Origin: Saccostrea cucullata
Lineage: Eukaryota
Reading direction: 5' to 3'
Length of the DNA stretch: 64,000 nt
NCBI RefSeq assembly: GCF_032062105.1
Contig: NW_026932716.1
Location: 248,001-312,000, forward strand
Numbering within the stretch: position 1 is the stretch's first letter; each line of letters starts with the position of its first letter. The position numbers and the translations under genes were made by a program. This document shows positions 60,110 through 64,000 of the stretch, one piece after another. The notes beneath the pieces are model-generated. The model had not been told where the DNA came from, made no database searches, and saw only the letters and a list, made by a program, of their open reading frames with translations.

Positions 60110-61800
60110 TATGGATAGAACTAACAGTATTCAGTATCAAAGTTCATAAAACAATACAAAATAGGAGCAGAGCAAACACAGACATCCGAAACATCAGAGG
60201 TGGGATCAGGTGCCATGGAGGAGTGAGCATCCCCTGCTGGCCGGTGACATGCGCCTTGTGCTCCTCGTCATCAACATGAAATAACGGGAAATCAGTCGTC
60301 AATTCAGTGTATAAATGATAGACTAACAATTAGTGTGAAAATCGTCAGTCAGCATTTGACTCAATGATAAATTTTATTTGCTGACAAGGTCATTGTATCG
60401 ACCATAGAACTTACGAAATGATGACTTTAAACGAGACTGCTGATATTCTTGTTTAATCAACTTGCTTGTCAATAATCCACCCCGTTTTAAAAAGTGTTCA
60501 TATGTGGAGTATGCTCTTGCCTATCGAATCAACTGAGATATATACAGGTGAAGGTATATTGCTGCATAAGTAAGGGAAGTTGACGATAGAAAAGGTAAAG
60601 TCATCCTGTTTATCATATAGCTTGGTTGTTAGATTACCAATAACGTCTTTTTCAAGTAAAGTACCCAAGTATGAAACAGATGTGTCAGACTCTGTGGTAT
60701 CTTTTATCTCAAGCTCACCAGGATATATCGTATCGACATAGGAATGGCAATTACCATTGTTTATTGACAATACGTGAATTGTTTTCTTCTTTTCGCGCCT
60801 AAGATTTTGCACAAGTTCTGCTTCATACGAATATAATAATAGGTCTGCTAATAACGAAGCGCAATTGGCACCCATGGGAATTTCAATAGATTGCTGGAAG
60901 ACCTGGTCTCCAAAATTTACATAGATATTGTCAATTAGAAACTCAAGCATCTTTTTAATGTCAACTTCAAAGTATTTGTGTGGGTAATCAGAATGTGTTT
61001 TAACAAAATAATTTTGCAAATAATCAATGACCAGGTAAGTAAATTTTCCATTTTTATTGAAAAAGCAGCCATTAATGAAATCAAAAAGTATGTATTTTAT
61101 TGGGGGTAGTGTGTATAAAGTTGAAAAGTCGTAAGTTTTTAAGCTGTCGATTTTGGTAAAATCTTGTGATTTAAATTGTCCAAAAGTTCTTTCAATTGGA
61201 ATTTTTTAGTATCCACATCTGATTCCCTTGAAGTGTTTCCTTCACTACTGCCAATATCTTGGTGAGGAGTAACGAAAGAGTCTTGGCTGAACATTTACTG
61301 GAACCCTCAATGTATCTTTGTTTGTATGGATTCTTATGAAGTATCCGAGTCCAGTATATATAAGGTAGTTCATATTCATTTTGGCTCTGCGGATTAATAA
61401 AAATATTCAAAACTGATATATGATTTTGAAGAATTTCTTCCTTAGAAAGGGAAGTATGCATGAGTATAAGTAGGATTACCACTTGTAGAATTAAATCCAA
61501 GTTCCTCTTAAATACAATTTATATAATGAGCCTTGCAAACAAAGGCAAAATTGTTACCTGCTTTGTCGGCAGGGGCCAGTACGCACTGATCATGTAATAT
61601 ATCTAATTTTTTTCTCTACTAGATTATTGAAAACAGAACGAAAGATGGTTTTCATATTGCCCCTCAATCTTTTAATGCACGATTTTAACATGGATCTGAT
61701 TTGTTTAATCTATTCTGACAAAGTGTCAGCGTCTTCTTTTTTATATTTGGCCCATCGTCTGGCGTAATTCCAGCAGAATCCATTATATTTATGAAATTTT
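60110..61800 (-). mobile_element. Penelope-like RT copy, 5'-truncated, with terminus
   Basis: ORFs 61192-61500 (YIYWTRILHKNPYKQRYI) and 60498-61019 (FQQSIEIPMGANCASLLADL...KLYDKQDDF), followed by the terminus. Confidence 0.92.
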
Positions 61801-62685
61801 TACGCATAAATAAAATATCACGCGATAATTAAACTTTGGTTAAGAATACACGAAAACTCAATCATTCAATATTAAATTTACAGAAAAAAGGATCATATGA
61901 AGTTTATAAAGCAAATTTTGCAATTGCAAAATAATTGGAAATTAGTAAGAATTATTTAGCTGTATTGCATCTGTATCTGCACATCTGATACATTAACCAA
62001 AAACTATTCAATTCTCCGAAAATTCGGAAGGCAGTAGATCCCAAGTAGAAAAAAATGCCCCGATAAAATACTTTTTTTCTCTGGATTCCGTTGGATGAAG
62101 TTTTCTTGAGAGGAACGTTAAACAACAAACAAACAATCATATATCAAAATCGTTCTTTTGAGTTGAGAGAAAGACGGCAGTACTGTTAAATACAACCTTT
62201 CATTTTCATTTATCTTCATATAATTTACAATAGTGTTAATATGTTTCCAATTTTAAATTGAAAAATTTAAAATTGCACAAAAAACTGATTAATTGATATT
62301 TAAGCTACAGTATGGCAATAGGAAAAAGACTTCAAAACAGAATTAAGATTTCTGTTTATTTCCAGATACATGTATCTGAAAAACAATTAATACATCATTT
62401 AATTTTATTATTATTTGCTTAAGTAAATATTTTAAATACTAGTATCACTGTGTGGATCAAGTGATCACAAATACATTTTGATAAATGATATGATCAACTA
62501 CATTCAGTGTTTATCATGAGATTATTTAATTTGCACATTCGCAATGTCATTCGTCCAATAAAGAATTGATCTTCATTATGTTCGCTTATTAATAATATCA
62601 ATTATAACTACTGTCTATTAAAACATATCGTTACAAGTTTGTGGTTTTATTATGTTAAATAAAATCTATTGCAGGAAAAATAAAA

Positions 62686-63239
62686 ATGGGAAGACGAGAT
62701 GATTTGCCAATTAGTTTTTCTTTGATTATTATCTTGACTTTATTTCAATATAAAGGTAAGTATATATGGTTGCAGAAATTAGGTAATAAAGAGAAGTCTT
62801 AATAAAGTTATTATTATCATTTGATTATGTAGTGTTTTTCCAGAAATAAAAGTTAAATAAAAATATACATACATGTACTAATTTAATTGCCATATAATAA
62901 TGCATGCATGTGTATATTGAAATAAGACCTTTCATTAAATACACAAGATTCAGTTTATGCATGGCGCAAGTTTTTATCTTCGACCTTGACACACAGAAAT
63001 GGCCAAGATTTTTTTTTAAATGATACAGATAAAAAAGTATAAAAATTATTTTACATTTTTAGTTGCAGTCTCTACATTTAAAATGCGATACTCCAAAAGG
63101 TGTCCATTTAACGAGACAGAGTGGAAAGAAAGATCGGCAGAATTCTTCTGCCAGGGGAACGAGGTATATCATTGCTTACTGGTTGAAGACAAAGTTTCTG
63201 TGAAGGAAAGGTGTACAGATGTTACCATGATAGTACCGG
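62686..63239 (+). CDS. Receptor paralog 3: signal-peptide exon and first Cys-rich exon, apparently intact; gene continues beyond the window
   Basis: Exon 62686-62755 (MGRRDDLPISFSLIIILTLFQYK, phase 1) and exon 63063-63239 (177 nt, same size as in paralog 1; CPFNETEWKERSAEFFCQGNEVYHCLL...ERC). Confidence 0.8.
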
Positions 63240-63423
63240 GTATGTTATGCAAATACTCTGTGGATAAATAATGGTGTACTTCTCTTATTCCAGATTATTA
63301 TCCTTTTAAAAAACAATGGAAATATAAAAATCATGGTTACTGACTTGAAATTAAAGCAATAATTGGGCAAGGGTAAGAAAACATGATCGAGGGTGGGGCT
63401 TGCAGAACCCAAATATGCTTATA

Positions 63424-63640
63424 CAGTAAAATTTGTCTAATCCGGACTCTGAGTACTCCGGATTTTTGTCAATTCCGTCTATAAATTTTAGACCCATGCA
63501 CTTCCTTATCAAACTCATTAGAAAAAAAATCTATGTAGTCCTGATACTGTCTATTCTGTATTCCGAACGGCCAAACTGGTCCCAACTGCTCATAATTAAC
63601 GGTAATCATTTCCTCTAATCCGGCCACACCTGAGTTACTT
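63424..63640 (+). mobile_element. Left end of a Tc1/pogo-like DNA element
   Basis: TA|CAGTAAAATTTGTCTAATCCGG start with repeated TAATCCGG/TCCG motifs, close to where homology to paralog 2 ends. The right end is not in the window. Confidence 0.45.
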
Positions 63641-64000
63641 CAAAGCAATTAACACCTGTCATGGTTGATGTGATAATCCGTGTTTGCATTAGCATGATTA
63701 GTCCCATGAGACGAACTCAGTGAAATGGGGTGGTGACACAGCCCACTTGAAAATATTTTATGATTAAATTACAATAAAAAAAAAAATAACTTTGTTTTAA
63801 CTCCTTTCACCACATTTTAACATAAAGACATAAAAATATATGTACGCGATTTACAAATCAAAATATAAATCGGGATCGAAAATCGAACGCATTTCAAAAT
63901 GGCGCCATAACACTGAGGCGGAAGACATAATTTTTACATAAAAAATTAAAAGTTCAATCCGATAATAAGCATATCGTAAATAATTGTGCATTGCTGTCTA

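Overview
AT-rich, intron-rich animal DNA, probably a bivalve and most likely an oyster (inferred from gene families and repeats). (1) 1-14.9 kb, minus strand: a neprilysin/ECE-like M13 metallopeptidase with 21 exons in the window. Its catalytic motifs are intact, it has two candidate alternative first exons, and its 3' end lies outside the window. (2) 20.4-35.4 kb, minus strand: two tandem 11-exon GH9 endo-beta-1,4-glucanase genes with an N-terminal CBM2-like module. A broken 3-exon copy lies at 52.4-54.1 kb. (3) 37.4-64 kb, plus strand: three paralogs of an uncharacterised type-I membrane receptor. Copy 1 has a signal peptide, a small Cys-rich ectodomain, a TM helix and a cytoplasmic STAND (nSTAND3-like) domain with a degenerate Walker A. 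Copy 2 is a pseudogene and copy 3 runs off the right edge. (4) About 20 fragments of a Penelope-like retroelement with Naiad hallmarks (CxC linker, C-terminal RT) and a conserved structured 3' end. Also tRNA-derived SINEs, Harbinger and Mariner MITEs, a Harbinger transposase fossil and palindromic MITEs. All exon models were assembled by hand from GT-AG sites and reading-frame continuity; no database searches were run.
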